A stretch of DNA of 52,285 nucleotides from Verrucomicrobiota bacterium (lineage in GTDB: Bacteria > Verrucomicrobiota > Verrucomicrobiia > Limisphaerales > UBA1096), in the NCBI GenBank assembly GCA_030747605.1, contig JASLKL010000001.1, positions 12,500 to 64,784 on the forward strand, read 5' to 3'. The notes beneath the pieces were generated by a model. It did no database searches. It saw nothing but the letters and a program-made list of their open reading frames with translations, and was not told the origin of the DNA. This document shows positions 8,647 to 18,373 of the stretch, in pieces (the stretch's first letter is position 1; each line of letters begins with the position of its first letter). The translations under genes and the position numbers were made by a program.

Positions 8647-10368
8647 ATGTTTGAAAAAATCTCCATCCATACACCCCGTCAGTTTGTTCCGGCTAACATT
8701 AATATAGGAAACTGGATAACACTCGAGCCCTTGTTCAAACAACTCGAAGAACAACTAAAAACCGCATCTTCTACTGCAAAACTAGAACAGGTAATTCTCA
8801 ATTGGGAAGAACTATCCGCCGCAATCGCCGAAGAAGGATCCAAGCGGTATATAGCAATGACCTGTCAAACCGAAGATAAGGATGCTGAAAAAGCCTATCT
8901 CGAGTTCGTCGAAAAAATCGAACCAGAAGAAAAGCAATGTAATTTTCGCTTGGCAAAAAAACTAACTAAACATCCTCATTGCAAAGAGCTAAAAAATCAG
9001 CGTTACGATGTCTTTATTCGTGATACCGCACTTCAAGTAGAGTTGTTTCGTAGCGAAAACGTTCCTCTCGAAACTAAAACTTCAAAGCTCGGCCAACAAT
9101 ATCAGAAAATAATTGGCAGTCTAACAGTACAGTTTGAAGGTAAGGAGCAAACACTCATCCAAATGAGTCGGCATCTCGAAGAACCCGAGCGAAAGCATAG
9201 GCAGAAAGCTTGGGAGCTGGTAGCCAACCGCCGCCTTGATGAGGCTGAAAAAATTGACGACTACCTCAATGATTTAGCAAAAATCCGAAATCAAATGAGT
9301 GAAAATGCAGGATTCCCTAACTACCGTGATTACGCTCATCAACGACTTGGCCGATTCGATTATTCGCCAGATGACTGCATCTCTTTTCAAAATGCAATCG
9401 AAGATGAAATGGTACCTTTACTTCGTGAACTACAAGACGAACAATTGCAGGCACTAGGAATTAATGAACTAAAACCGTGGGATACTGCAACCGATCCAAA
9501 AGGTCGCCCACCCCTTAAGCCATTCGAAAAAGTATCGGATTTAATCGACTGTTCGCAAGCCATCTTCAATCAAGTTGACGGAAATCTAGCGGACTGGTTT
9601 CAAACAATGCAAGACCTTGATCTCCTCGATCTAGCTAACCGAAAAGGTAAAGCCCCAGGTGGCTACCAATGTTCACTCGATGAATCTCGATTGCCTTTTA
9701 TATTCATGAATTCTGTTGGTGTGCAGCGAGATGTTGAAACCTTGCTTCACGAGGCTGGCCACGCCTTTCATTCAATGGCCAGCCAAAACGAACCCCTACA
9801 TTCATACAGACATGCTCCGATCGAGTTTTGCGAGGTTGCTTCAATGGCTATGGAATTACTCGGCAGTGAATTTCTCGAGGAATTTTACAATGAAGAAGAA
9901 GCTCGTCGCGCACGAATAGCGCACCTTGAAGGAATTGTTTTTGTTTTTCCTTGGATTGCAACCGTTGACGCCTTCCAGCACTGGCTTTACCTCAATCCCA
10001 ACCATTCTATAGAAGAGCGTGATAAAGCGTGGAGTAACCTTATAGACCGATTTGGTGGTAACGTTGATTGGACTAACTACGAATCAGCCAAGGCCAAACT
10101 TTGGCACAAGCAATTGCACATTTTTCTTCATCCCTTCTATTACATAGAATATGGCATTGCTCAACTCGGAGCATTGCAGGTCTGGCACAATTCCAAGAAC
10201 GACAGTTCTAAAGCTTTAGACGACTACAAAGCGGCACTAGCATTAGGCGGTTCAAGGCCATTACCGGAATTGTTTGAACGATGCAATATTCGCTTCGACC
10301 TCAGTCGAGACACGGTCGCCCCAATGGCAGATCTACTTCGAAAAGAATTAAAAGCACTGAAGAATTAA
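8647..10368 (+). CDS. pepF: M3B oligoendopeptidase F family metallopeptidase
   Basis: Zinc motif HEAGHAFH (HExxH), with length and overall pattern typical of PepF. The Met at 8647 (MFEKISIH...) is preferred over the track start at 8599, whose extra 16 codons look non-coding. Confidence 0.85.
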   Translation: MFEKISIHTPRQFVPANINIGNWITLEPLFKQLEEQLKTASSTAKLEQVILNWEELSAAIAEEGSKRYIAMTCQTEDKDAEKAYLEFVEKIEPEEKQCNFRLAKKLTKHPHCKELKNQRYDVFIRDTALQVELFRSENVPLETKTSKLGQQYQKIIGSLTVQFEGKEQTLIQMSRHLEEPERKHRQKAWELVANRRLDEAEKIDDYLNDLAKIRNQMSENAGFPNYRDYAHQRLGRFDYSPDDCISFQNAIEDEMVPLLRELQDEQLQALGINELKPWDTATDPKGRPPLKPFEKVSDLIDCSQAIFNQVDGNLADWFQTMQDLDLLDLANRKGKAPGGYQCSLDESRLPFIFMNSVGVQRDVETLLHEAGHAFHSMASQNEPLHSYRHAPIEFCEVASMAMELLGSEFLEEFYNEEEARRARIAHLEGIVFVFPWIATVDAFQHWLYLNPNHSIEERDKAWSNLIDRFGGNVDWTNYESAKAKLWHKQLHIFLHPFYYIEYGIAQLGALQVWHNSKNDSSKALDDYKAALALGGSRPLPELFERCNIRFDLSRDTVAPMADLLRKELKALKN

Positions 10369-10373
10369 AGTTA

Positions 10374-10553
10374 TTATCGATTGATTAACCAAATAACGAG
10401 GCCAATTAAGACTGACCCTGCAATGCCGCCGATAATACTCCACAAGAAAATTAACTTGTGACGACGTCGGTTTGATCGCCCCATCCCAGGGAGCAAATAA
10501 TATCGATGCTCCTCTCCGGCATCATTTGGTTTTCTTTTCCCAAAACCGAACAT
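10374..10553 (-). CDS. hypothetical 59-aa protein with one C-terminal TM helix (below the track length cutoff)
   Basis: My translation is MFGFGKRKPNDAGEEHRYYLLPGMGRSNRRRHKLIFLWSIIGGIAGSVLIGLVIWLINR*. It has an ATG start, a basic stretch, then a clean TM segment, and fills an otherwise empty 277-nt gap. No family recognised. Confidence 0.25.
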   Translation of the reverse strand: MFGFGKRKPNDAGEEHRYYLLPGMGRSNRRRHKLIFLWSIIGGIAGSVLIGLVIWLINR

Positions 10554-10645
10554 TTTTACTTATTTAAGCCTCCTAAAGCCAACCCTATTGGTTTCCTATC
10601 AAAAAAACAACTACGCTTGGCCAAGCGCCGTCTCTTAGTTAACTT

Positions 10646-11869
10646 GTGCCCGTGAGTTTTGTAGAGCAGTTCAACCGGTTACCCATCGAAGCACTTTGCA
10701 GAAAGGCACAAGAGGCTTCGGAGTTGGACGTTTCTACTGCTTTAGCCAAAAACAGTTTAAATCTATCAGATCTTGCCGTCCTACTTTCCCCTACCGCTAC
10801 AAATCAATTGGAATGTTTAGCTAAACGTTCAAATCGAATAACCCAACAGCGTTTTGGACGCGTTATTCGTCTGTTTGCCCCTCTCTACTTAAGTAACGAA
10901 TGCATCAACAATTGTGTTTACTGTGGATTTTCTCGAGACAACCCTATTCTTCGAGTAACCCTATCAACCGATGAAGTTGTCCATGAAGCTGGTGAATTGG
11001 CTTCACAAGGATTTCGCAACATTTTGCTGGTAGCTGGAGAACATCCAAAATTTGTTTCTAGCAGCTATATGGCCGACTGCGTTACTTCGCTGCGTAGCAA
11101 AATACCTTCAATTTCACTGGAAGTCGGCCCCATGGAAAGAGAAGAATACGAGCCACTTGTCAATTCAGGCGCCGAGGGCTTGGTGGTTTATCAAGAAACC
11201 TATAATAGAGATGTTTATGCCGACATGCATACCTCTGGCCCTAAAAAAAATTTCGACTGGCGACTAGAAACGCCAGAGCGAGCTCACGACGCCGGATTCC
11301 GACGTCTAGGTATTGGCGCACTTTACGGACTAAGCGATTGGAGGCACGAAACAATCTGCCTCGCTGCCCACGCAGACTATTTACTCCGGAGATGCTGGAA
11401 ATCACATCTAACTATTTCACTCCCAAGGCTTCGACCCTGCGCTGGAGAATTTCAACCATTAAGTAATTTCAACGATCAAGATTTAGTTCAAACTATATGT
11501 GCTTTGAGATTATTCCTACCCGATGTTGGCATCGTTCTTTCTACGCGAGAACCGGCAAACCTGCGTAACCAACTAATCCCACTAGGCATCACTAGCATGA
11601 GCGCTGGCAGTCACACCGAACCGGGAGGTTACACAGGCGTCGGCAACAACAACCTGCACTACACCGAACGAGGCAACATAAAAGAACTAAACGAAAACAC
11701 TACGGGACCGGAAACTAAAGCCACCGGCCAGTTTGACATCGCCGATGAAAGATGCCCTGAAACCGTTGCCAAGACTATTGCCCACCTAGGCTATGAACCT
11801 GTCTGGAAAGACTGGGATGCTTCTATTCTTTCCAATGGAAAAGAAGCAACTCAGCAGTTGACACCTTAA
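10646..11869 (+). CDS. thiH: 2-iminoacetate synthase ThiH (radical SAM)
   Basis: Radical SAM cluster motif CINNCVYCGF and a ThiH-like C-terminus (QFDIADERCPETVAKTIAHLGYEPVWKDWD). GTG start; an alternative GTG lies at 10652. Confidence 0.85.
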   Translation: MPVSFVEQFNRLPIEALCRKAQEASELDVSTALAKNSLNLSDLAVLLSPTATNQLECLAKRSNRITQQRFGRVIRLFAPLYLSNECINNCVYCGFSRDNPILRVTLSTDEVVHEAGELASQGFRNILLVAGEHPKFVSSSYMADCVTSLRSKIPSISLEVGPMEREEYEPLVNSGAEGLVVYQETYNRDVYADMHTSGPKKNFDWRLETPERAHDAGFRRLGIGALYGLSDWRHETICLAAHADYLLRRCWKSHLTISLPRLRPCAGEFQPLSNFNDQDLVQTICALRLFLPDVGIVLSTREPANLRNQLIPLGITSMSAGSHTEPGGYTGVGNNNLHYTERGNIKELNENTTGPETKATGQFDIADERCPETVAKTIAHLGYEPVWKDWDASILSNGKEATQQLTP

Positions 11870-13193
11870 CTTTAAAAGGATCTGCAATCCTTAAACCTTT
11901 AACCCAAAATAAACGGCCATCATCCGACTCTCCTATCACACGCTGATGGCGTTCTGACGATGGGATCTTCTGATTAACAAATATATCCTGAAGCTTCTTT
12001 TTACCAACCTGGCCAATCGGCTGAAAACGATCACCTGGGATCCAATGTCGCAAGGTAATATGGCGCCCAATCGATGTAGCATCAAATACCTCTCTATTAT
12101 TTTTTTGGCCAAGCTCAGCGAGCTTATCCAAACCACCTGGAATCCTCTCAAACCAGAATTTTACCCCTCCAAATTCGATCTCATCCTTTTGACCAAATAA
12201 ATCAATCTCACAACGACCAGTTAAAAACTCACGCTCATCCATAAGCGGCAGCCACTCAATCTTACCCGTTTTCTTCCTTGATACCCTTTTACCAGGAGAA
12301 ACCTCTATAGCTTGATCAACCTGAGTACGAAGCGACTCTATTAAGTCAAACGATGATTCTATACTTTTAGAGAACAATTGCCGCTGCAAAACCTTCCGTT
12401 GCACAGCAACTGGTAATTTCTCGAAGTTTGCATGCTCTTTAGATAGCCAATTAATAGCAAGTTCATCAATACAATCAGAATCATCACCGGCCAACCCCAT
12501 CGTCTTGATAATTTGCCTATGGATAGATGGATTGAAGAGCTCTGACATATACGGTAGTAAATCCTGCCGAATTTTGTTTCGTAAAAATCGAGTATCATTA
12601 TTGGACTCATCTTCGCGATGATTTATACCCATCTCCTGAGCATATGCCTCAATCTCACTACGTCGCAACTCAAGCAGTGGGCGTACCAGTCTAACTTCAG
12701 GATCCAGATGAGAAGTGGACAGAACCGACATACCAGCTAAACCACGATTTCCCGCACCACGAAAAAGACGAATAAAAAAAGTTTCTACTTGATCGTCTAA
12801 ATGATGTGCTAAGACAACAGTATGACAACTTAAACGATTTGATAATGAGACAAAAAAACTATGGCGTAATTCACGTGCTACAGCTTCTAATCCCCCTGTT
12901 AATTCTTGAGCCTTAAGGGAAACATCCTCACAACCTAACTCAAAAGGCAGATCATAGGATTTGGCAGATTCCTCAACGAAAACAGCGTCTGCATCACTTT
13001 CTGCACCTCTCAATTGATGGTTAAAATGAGCAACAACCAAACGACCTTTAATATTCAGTTCTGCTCCAACCAATAAATCCAACAACACCATTGAATCGAG
13101 CCCACCAGAAACCGCAACAACGATTTTACCGGATCCCGGAAAAAGATTTTGCGTCCGGGCTAATTCGCTCACTTTTTCCGCGAGCGGATGCAT
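11823..13193 (-). CDS. tilS: tRNA(Ile)-lysidine synthetase
   Basis: PP-loop motif VAVSGGLDS near the N-terminus. The 456-aa length and C-terminal domain are typical of TilS. Confidence 0.85.
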   Translation of the reverse strand: MHPLAEKVSELARTQNLFPGSGKIVVAVSGGLDSMVLLDLLVGAELNIKGRLVVAHFNHQLRGAESDADAVFVEESAKSYDLPFELGCEDVSLKAQELTGGLEAVARELRHSFFVSLSNRLSCHTVVLAHHLDDQVETFFIRLFRGAGNRGLAGMSVLSTSHLDPEVRLVRPLLELRRSEIEAYAQEMGINHREDESNNDTRFLRNKIRQDLLPYMSELFNPSIHRQIIKTMGLAGDDSDCIDELAINWLSKEHANFEKLPVAVQRKVLQRQLFSKSIESSFDLIESLRTQVDQAIEVSPGKRVSRKKTGKIEWLPLMDEREFLTGRCEIDLFGQKDEIEFGGVKFWFERIPGGLDKLAELGQKNNREVFDATSIGRHITLRHWIPGDRFQPIGQVGKKKLQDIFVNQKIPSSERHQRVIGESDDGRLFWVKGLRIADPFKVKVSTAELLLFHWKE

Positions 13194-13196
13194 TGA

Positions 13197-14906
13197 CTAG
13201 CGGAGTAATGAAGTTTCAGAAATTGACTGCTTGGCTCTAAGGATTAGCAGCCAGTCGCCATCACCAGGAGCCGGGCATTCCAAAGCAGATCCACGCAACA
13301 CTGCTAGAACATCATTTCGTTCACCAGTTCGAGGATTGATCCATGCGGCAATTAATGGAGAAGGCAATTTTGCTACATTAATCTTCAGTCTTGCCTCAAC
13401 TGGAGTATAGACAACGACAAGGCTTCCGTCTGAAGAACTTGAGGCTGCTACATAACTGGCAATAGAGTCATCTCCGGGCTGTTCGATAAGAACATTAGGA
13501 TCAGGCCGGAGGGAATGAAAATCAATAGACCCAAATGCACTTGTTATATGAGCGACTTGCTCCCCTCCCTCATAAGTTAATGACTCACGCCAATCCGGCG
13601 GCACTCCGACATTAGGATAGCCAAGTGTCGGATCCACACCATTGTTCCATCCCCAAATACCCGCAACTCCATAGCTAACACCGGCCGTCGGGGCATTAAG
13701 AAGACTCCAGTATAGCGCACGACGAACATGATTTGAAGAAATAGGTAGATTCTTACTATTGCTGGGTTGCCACTCGTAGGGAGGCTGCAGATTCACAATT
13801 GGACGACGCGGAAGCTTATCCCAGTCACGTGTTGGCGGACCGTTATGAATCCAATTATTTGTAGCATCATTAATATCATGACCAATTTGATATCCGATTG
13901 AAGTCAACCATTTCTCATCTCGAAAGGATTCAAAAATCCAGCTTTTAGCTTTTGGATGAATGAACACAGGAGCGCGGCGGTGATCTCCAAATATAGCCTG
14001 ACCAATTGTTCTCCAACGATCACCTTTAGCCCCTGAGTAGTTACCATCAGCCCCAAGAATCCATGCCCCAAAACTTGCTCCCCAACGGGCAACCATATAG
14101 CGACCAAGTATAACAGCCTGATCATCCGACAGAGAATTAATCGAATTGGCTTCTTCATTCGAAGCCCAAAATAAAACCGGCACACTAATCAAACCAGCGC
14201 GATTGATCGCTTCCACTCGCTTATCCAAGCGTCGAAAATACTCTGGGTTAATTCTTTTTTTCTCTTTATCCGAAAAAGGCATTTGACCTGTCGAATCCCC
14301 TTTTGGAGATCCCCTCCATGGGGTTGCAACCCATTGAACCGCCGTAAATCCTTGGCGCTTCCTTTCCTGAAGATAATTCTTCCAGTCAAACTCGTTGGAT
14401 TTGAGCGGTCCATTCCAAGCCGTATCAGCCATCCAAAAAAATGGGCTCTCATTATCATGCATAAAATGAGTTCGTGACCGCGACACCCTAATAGGTCCAT
14501 TTTTACTTAATGCAGTATCTCGAACAGGTGCAGTACAAAGAAAGCTTCCTTCAAGATTGTGTAAGCCCAAATTGCTCTCATCTGAACAGGTAATCTTAAA
14601 AGTCCACTTCCCGGCCATATCCGGCATAAATCGAATTTTCCAATCGTTATCACCATCCCAAAAGCCATCAACTAAAACTGGATCACCTACAGGCGGATTA
14701 AACACAGCCTTAAGTTGCAAATCCTGAGCTGGATTATCATATTGTTTGAGACTGATTAATTCCCCCTGAAAACGTGACCACTTTGGTATCAAGGTCTGGT
14801 TCTCTTGAGCGTCTATGAAAACTGTATAACCAATTAAGACCAACAGGATCGACTTGAAGGCGGCTCGATTCATCAAGTTTTGTCTAATAAAAAAACGCAT
14901 AACCAT
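13197..14906 (-). CDS. exported DUF5060/DUF4038-type putative glycoside hydrolase (GH140-like)
   Basis: Signal peptide, an N-terminal Ig-like region (FWDGDNDWKIRFMPDMAGKWTFKITCSD), then FFWMADTAWNG and a TIM-barrel-like body. The family assignment is from memory. Confidence 0.55.
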   Translation of the reverse strand: MVMRFFIRQNLMNRAAFKSILLVLIGYTVFIDAQENQTLIPKWSRFQGELISLKQYDNPAQDLQLKAVFNPPVGDPVLVDGFWDGDNDWKIRFMPDMAGKWTFKITCSDESNLGLHNLEGSFLCTAPVRDTALSKNGPIRVSRSRTHFMHDNESPFFWMADTAWNGPLKSNEFDWKNYLQERKRQGFTAVQWVATPWRGSPKGDSTGQMPFSDKEKKRINPEYFRRLDKRVEAINRAGLISVPVLFWASNEEANSINSLSDDQAVILGRYMVARWGASFGAWILGADGNYSGAKGDRWRTIGQAIFGDHRRAPVFIHPKAKSWIFESFRDEKWLTSIGYQIGHDINDATNNWIHNGPPTRDWDKLPRRPIVNLQPPYEWQPSNSKNLPISSNHVRRALYWSLLNAPTAGVSYGVAGIWGWNNGVDPTLGYPNVGVPPDWRESLTYEGGEQVAHITSAFGSIDFHSLRPDPNVLIEQPGDDSIASYVAASSSSDGSLVVVYTPVEARLKINVAKLPSPLIAAWINPRTGERNDVLAVLRGSALECPAPGDGDWLLILRAKQSISETSLLR

Positions 14907-14961
14907 TGTTCAAATGAACTGGCACTAAGATGTCAGAAACCGTCATTAAGCGCAAACGGGA

Positions 14962-15732
14962 TTATGACTTCCTGATACGCAATGTACGTACTTGAATATC
15001 ACGAGAAATTGAGGATTGGATTCCAGATAAAAACTTACGTAAAAGACGAGAAATCTTAAGCGTGCTAGTTAAAGGTTTAAAACTCAGAATAAGGACTTTA
15101 TTGTAATAACTTTCGAATGTAATTATGAGCCCATACCTAAAAGGCTCGCTAACGACCTGAATCATTTCAGTCCATGTTCGATCATCCGATGGAAGTAAAT
15201 TGAATATCGCTATTCCACTTGGATTGAGCTTGGAACGTATCAAGGCCGGCAATACATCGATTGAAACATCCGGCTTGAACACATCCCCATCTCGACCAAC
15301 AGAAAGGTCCTCAAGTAATACATCGAATGGTTTCTGTTGAGCATTCAACCACCTAAACGCATCCGACTGAACAAACTGAAGGCTCCCGCGCCAATCACCT
15401 GAAACTCTTCCAAATAATTTAAAACCTGCTTCATCAAGATCTACACCATAAAGATCCTGCCTCCCATTCATCGCACGCAGTGGAGCAATCACACCCCCAG
15501 CAGCAAAACCCAATATACCCACGCGAGTTTCTTTATTTAACATTATTGCTGCAGCTAAAACATCAAAAACACTATGTGTCGGCCCAGCTTCCGAAAGCAC
15601 CTCACTCAACACCGAACCATTTTGGACAAGCCGGGCACCTCGCAGAGTGCGTTGCAATTCTGGTTCAGCACCTCCAGTATACCCGTTCATCAGCAGGGCG
15701 TTTAAGGCTTGGATGCGCCCGATTCGTCCCAT
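14962..15732 (-). CDS. class I SAM-dependent methyltransferase / spermidine-synthase-like fold protein (start uncertain)
   Basis: Motif I-like GILGFAAGG and an acidic motif II, YGVDLD. The track start at 15765 overlaps the upstream gene by 64 nt. Met codons at 15732 or 15690 are more plausible. Confidence 0.45.
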   Translation of the reverse strand: MGRIGRIQALNALLMNGYTGGAEPELQRTLRGARLVQNGSVLSEVLSEAGPTHSVFDVLAAAIMLNKETRVGILGFAAGGVIAPLRAMNGRQDLYGVDLDEAGFKLFGRVSGDWRGSLQFVQSDAFRWLNAQQKPFDVLLEDLSVGRDGDVFKPDVSIDVLPALIRSKLNPSGIAIFNLLPSDDRTWTEMIQVVSEPFRYGLIITFESYYNKVLILSFKPLTSTLKISRLLRKFLSGIQSSISRDIQVRTLRIRKS

Positions 15733-16340
15733 TCTTTTTTGGATAAAATTTTTCCACCACTCCACTCGGTTTCGGACTGTTTTTTACCATTAGCATGCCA
15801 ACGAGTTTCAATTCCATTTAACTGGCCATTATCATAATTTTTTTCCGACCATTTCGAACCATCCATGCGCCAAATAACCCACTTACCATTGGCACGACCA
15901 TCAACATATTTCCCAGTTCTAAAACGGCTACCATTCTTATGAAAATAGGTCCAGAATCCCTCTTGCTTTCCATTCAAAAAATTACCTTCTACAGACTTGT
16001 TGCCATTATCATGATGATCAATAAAAGCGCCATTAAACGGAGAGTCATCAAGAAAGGAGATTCCTCCTTCCTCTTTTAACTTATCACCAGACTGAACTTT
16101 CCCAGACTGAACTGGCTTAAGACTGTATGTGGCCGCGGATTTTGAAGCATCAACAGATATCACCCCCTGCTTTGAAGACGAGATGTCAGTGGTTGGTTTA
16201 ACAGATATTGAAATATCTCCTGATGAAATGTTCGTCTTTTCGGTTATAATAGTCTGATTATCTACATGAGATGATTCTCCACAACCCATTAAACCAATAG
16301 CCATCACACCAAACAGTACGAAAAGTACAAAATCTTTCAT
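15702..16340 (-). CDS. MORN-repeat (YwqK-like) lipoprotein
   Basis: Lipobox MKDFVLFVLFGVMAIGLMGC from the Met at 16340. The C-terminal half has repeated G.W..(Y/W)..NG....(G/E).Y..G...G.W units typical of the MORN variant repeat. Confidence 0.6.
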   Translation of the reverse strand: MKDFVLFVLFGVMAIGLMGCGESSHVDNQTIITEKTNISSGDISISVKPTTDISSSKQGVISVDASKSAATYSLKPVQSGKVQSGDKLKEEGGISFLDDSPFNGAFIDHHDNGNKSVEGNFLNGKQEGFWTYFHKNGSRFRTGKYVDGRANGKWVIWRMDGSKWSEKNYDNGQLNGIETRWHANGKKQSETEWSGGKILSKKEWDESGASKP

Positions 16341-16558
16341 GTGCAAAATCAAAACACAGGCTGGAATACCTGACAAAACCAATTGTTGCCATTAAAGCAC
16401 TTAGTCCGTAATTTTTCGAAATTGGCTGTGGCGGAAAACCAGCCATTTTACTAAAAACCGCATGACATCATTTTCCTCATTATACGGCACCTGCGAAGCC
16501 AAGATAGAGTTTAAACTATTTGTCGAGCCTAGAGGGTTTTCATCAATGAATTTAAGCA

Positions 16559-17914
16559 ATGCTTGAGAAATCTTTGGATTACTATCTGGCGGACAAGCCA
16601 GATGCAGATTTAGGCGGCAAATTGATCGCAGAGGCCTGCCAATCCTTAAAATACAATCGGGATGAGTATTTGGCACAAATAGGCAATGAAACAATCATTT
16701 CGAAACTAGTTGAGACTGCTTCCCTTTGGCAATCACCTGATTACGAGTTGCGCAAATTAGCCCTTGCCGCCAATCCAAAAGAAACCGGTTTCCCCCGTGA
16801 GGTTCTCGCAGCTGGACTGGATGCATGCTTTGAAGAATGGACTCAGGAAAAATTTTTTAGCTTACTGAATCAAGAGGTTGGCGACCCAACCCGGCTTCAA
16901 TCATATGGAAGCCTTTCAGGCCATTCACTAGCAATGGTGCACGGTCCAAAGCTCATTGCTCAATTAGCTCCGGGCAATTTACCTGTCCCAATCTTTCAAT
17001 CGATTGCTTTCGGACTATTACTTCGGTCAGCGCAATTTGTGAAATGCGCTACTGGGAAATCACTACTCCCTCGACTATTTGGACATTCCTTACATTACGT
17101 CGATCCAGGTCTTGCTTCCTCGCTTGAAATAGCAGAATGGAAAGGTGGCAACGAAAAACTTGAAAGCGAACTATACAATGAAGCTGACTGCATCTTAGCC
17201 ATCGGCAATGACAGCACCCTAGAATCAGTACGAAAACGCCTTCCGTTGAACAAAAAATTTATTGGCTATGGAAACCGCATAAGCTTCGGGTACGTGGAAC
17301 AACTCGCAAATGAGGTGATGGGAACACAAACGATAATCTCTCGTGCCGCGGATGATGTGATCGCATGGAATCAACAAGGCTGCCTCTCTCCTCAAGTTAT
17401 ATATATTGAAGAACTTGGAAGCTTGAAACCAGATCAGTTTGCAGAAATGCTTGCAGAAGAACTGGCCAGCCGTAATAAGACTATACCACGAGGAGAACTC
17501 TCGATAAAAGAAACTGCCGACATCACTAGCATACGACGCTTTTATAAAATTCGAGCAGCCAATAGTATTGGTGCCATGCTATGGGAGAGCAAAGACTCCA
17601 CTGATTGGACAGTTGTACAAGAGGACGAAAAGCAGTTCCAGACATCACCTCTAAACAGATTTATTTTTATCAAGCCCATAGAGAATCCTGCAGAACTTAT
17701 GCACATATTGGAACCTTATCGAGATAACATATCCACTATCGGCATAGCTGCAAGCGAAGCTAAATTACGAGAATACGCCCAAGCCTTTGGACAATGGGGA
17801 GCACCTCGAATTTGCCCTTTGGGTAAAATGCAGCGCCCTCCTTTAGCTTGGCGGCATGACGGACGCCCTCCCTTGGGAGATCTAATAAATTGGACCGATC
17901 TTGAAATTAATTAA
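16559..17914 (+). CDS. LuxC-like acyl-CoA reductase family protein (aldehyde-dehydrogenase fold)
   Basis: 451 aa with a candidate catalytic Cys context, WNQQGCLSPQVIYI. Overall similarity to the LuxC family is from memory. Confidence 0.5.
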   Translation: MLEKSLDYYLADKPDADLGGKLIAEACQSLKYNRDEYLAQIGNETIISKLVETASLWQSPDYELRKLALAANPKETGFPREVLAAGLDACFEEWTQEKFFSLLNQEVGDPTRLQSYGSLSGHSLAMVHGPKLIAQLAPGNLPVPIFQSIAFGLLLRSAQFVKCATGKSLLPRLFGHSLHYVDPGLASSLEIAEWKGGNEKLESELYNEADCILAIGNDSTLESVRKRLPLNKKFIGYGNRISFGYVEQLANEVMGTQTIISRAADDVIAWNQQGCLSPQVIYIEELGSLKPDQFAEMLAEELASRNKTIPRGELSIKETADITSIRRFYKIRAANSIGAMLWESKDSTDWTVVQEDEKQFQTSPLNRFIFIKPIENPAELMHILEPYRDNISTIGIAASEAKLREYAQAFGQWGAPRICPLGKMQRPPLAWRHDGRPPLGDLINWTDLEIN

Positions 17915-17916
17915 CC

Positions 17917-18294
17917 ATGGAACTGAGAAAAACCTTTCAATTTGAAGCAGCACATTATCTTCCTAATCTGCCAAAGGAACATAAATGCCATCGACTACAT
18001 GGACACAGTTTCAAAGTGGAAATTGTTGTTGAAGGTGAATGCGACCCTAAACTCGGCTGGGTAATTGATTACGCCGATATTTCAACAGCATTTAAAACAC
18101 TTTGGGAACAATTAGATCACCATTATCTCAATGAAATAGAAGGGTTAGAAAACCCCACCAGTGAAAACTTAGCCCTCTGGATTTGGGAACGTTTACAACC
18201 AAAATTATCAATTTTAACTGCTGTAGAGGTTGCAGAAACCTGCACAGCCCGATGCGTCTACCGCGGTGTTAAAAAAGTCAAAGAATGCCAATAA
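17917..18294 (+). CDS. queD: 6-carboxy-5,6,7,8-tetrahydropterin synthase
   Basis: 125 aa with the Cx3HGH motif (CHRLHGHSF) and the FQFEAAHYLP N-terminus typical of QueD/PTPS. Confidence 0.85.
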   Translation: MELRKTFQFEAAHYLPNLPKEHKCHRLHGHSFKVEIVVEGECDPKLGWVIDYADISTAFKTLWEQLDHHYLNEIEGLENPTSENLALWIWERLQPKLSILTAVEVAETCTARCVYRGVKKVKECQ

Positions 18295-18373
18295 CATCTA
18301 CTGATTCAGATTGCGCTTAAAACTCGTTTAAATTATTGTCCTCGACCCAAAAGAGATAAAGATTAGTTACAAT

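Noticed and set aside
10395-10440. The string GACTGACCCTGCAATGCCGCC vaguely resembles the ACCUGA...AAUGCCAGC core of a TPP riboswitch about 250 nt upstream of thiH.
   Set aside because: There is no CUGAGA element and no matching P1/P2 pairing. It is too far from the thiH start. The stretch is better explained as the TM-helix coding part of the minus-strand small ORF.
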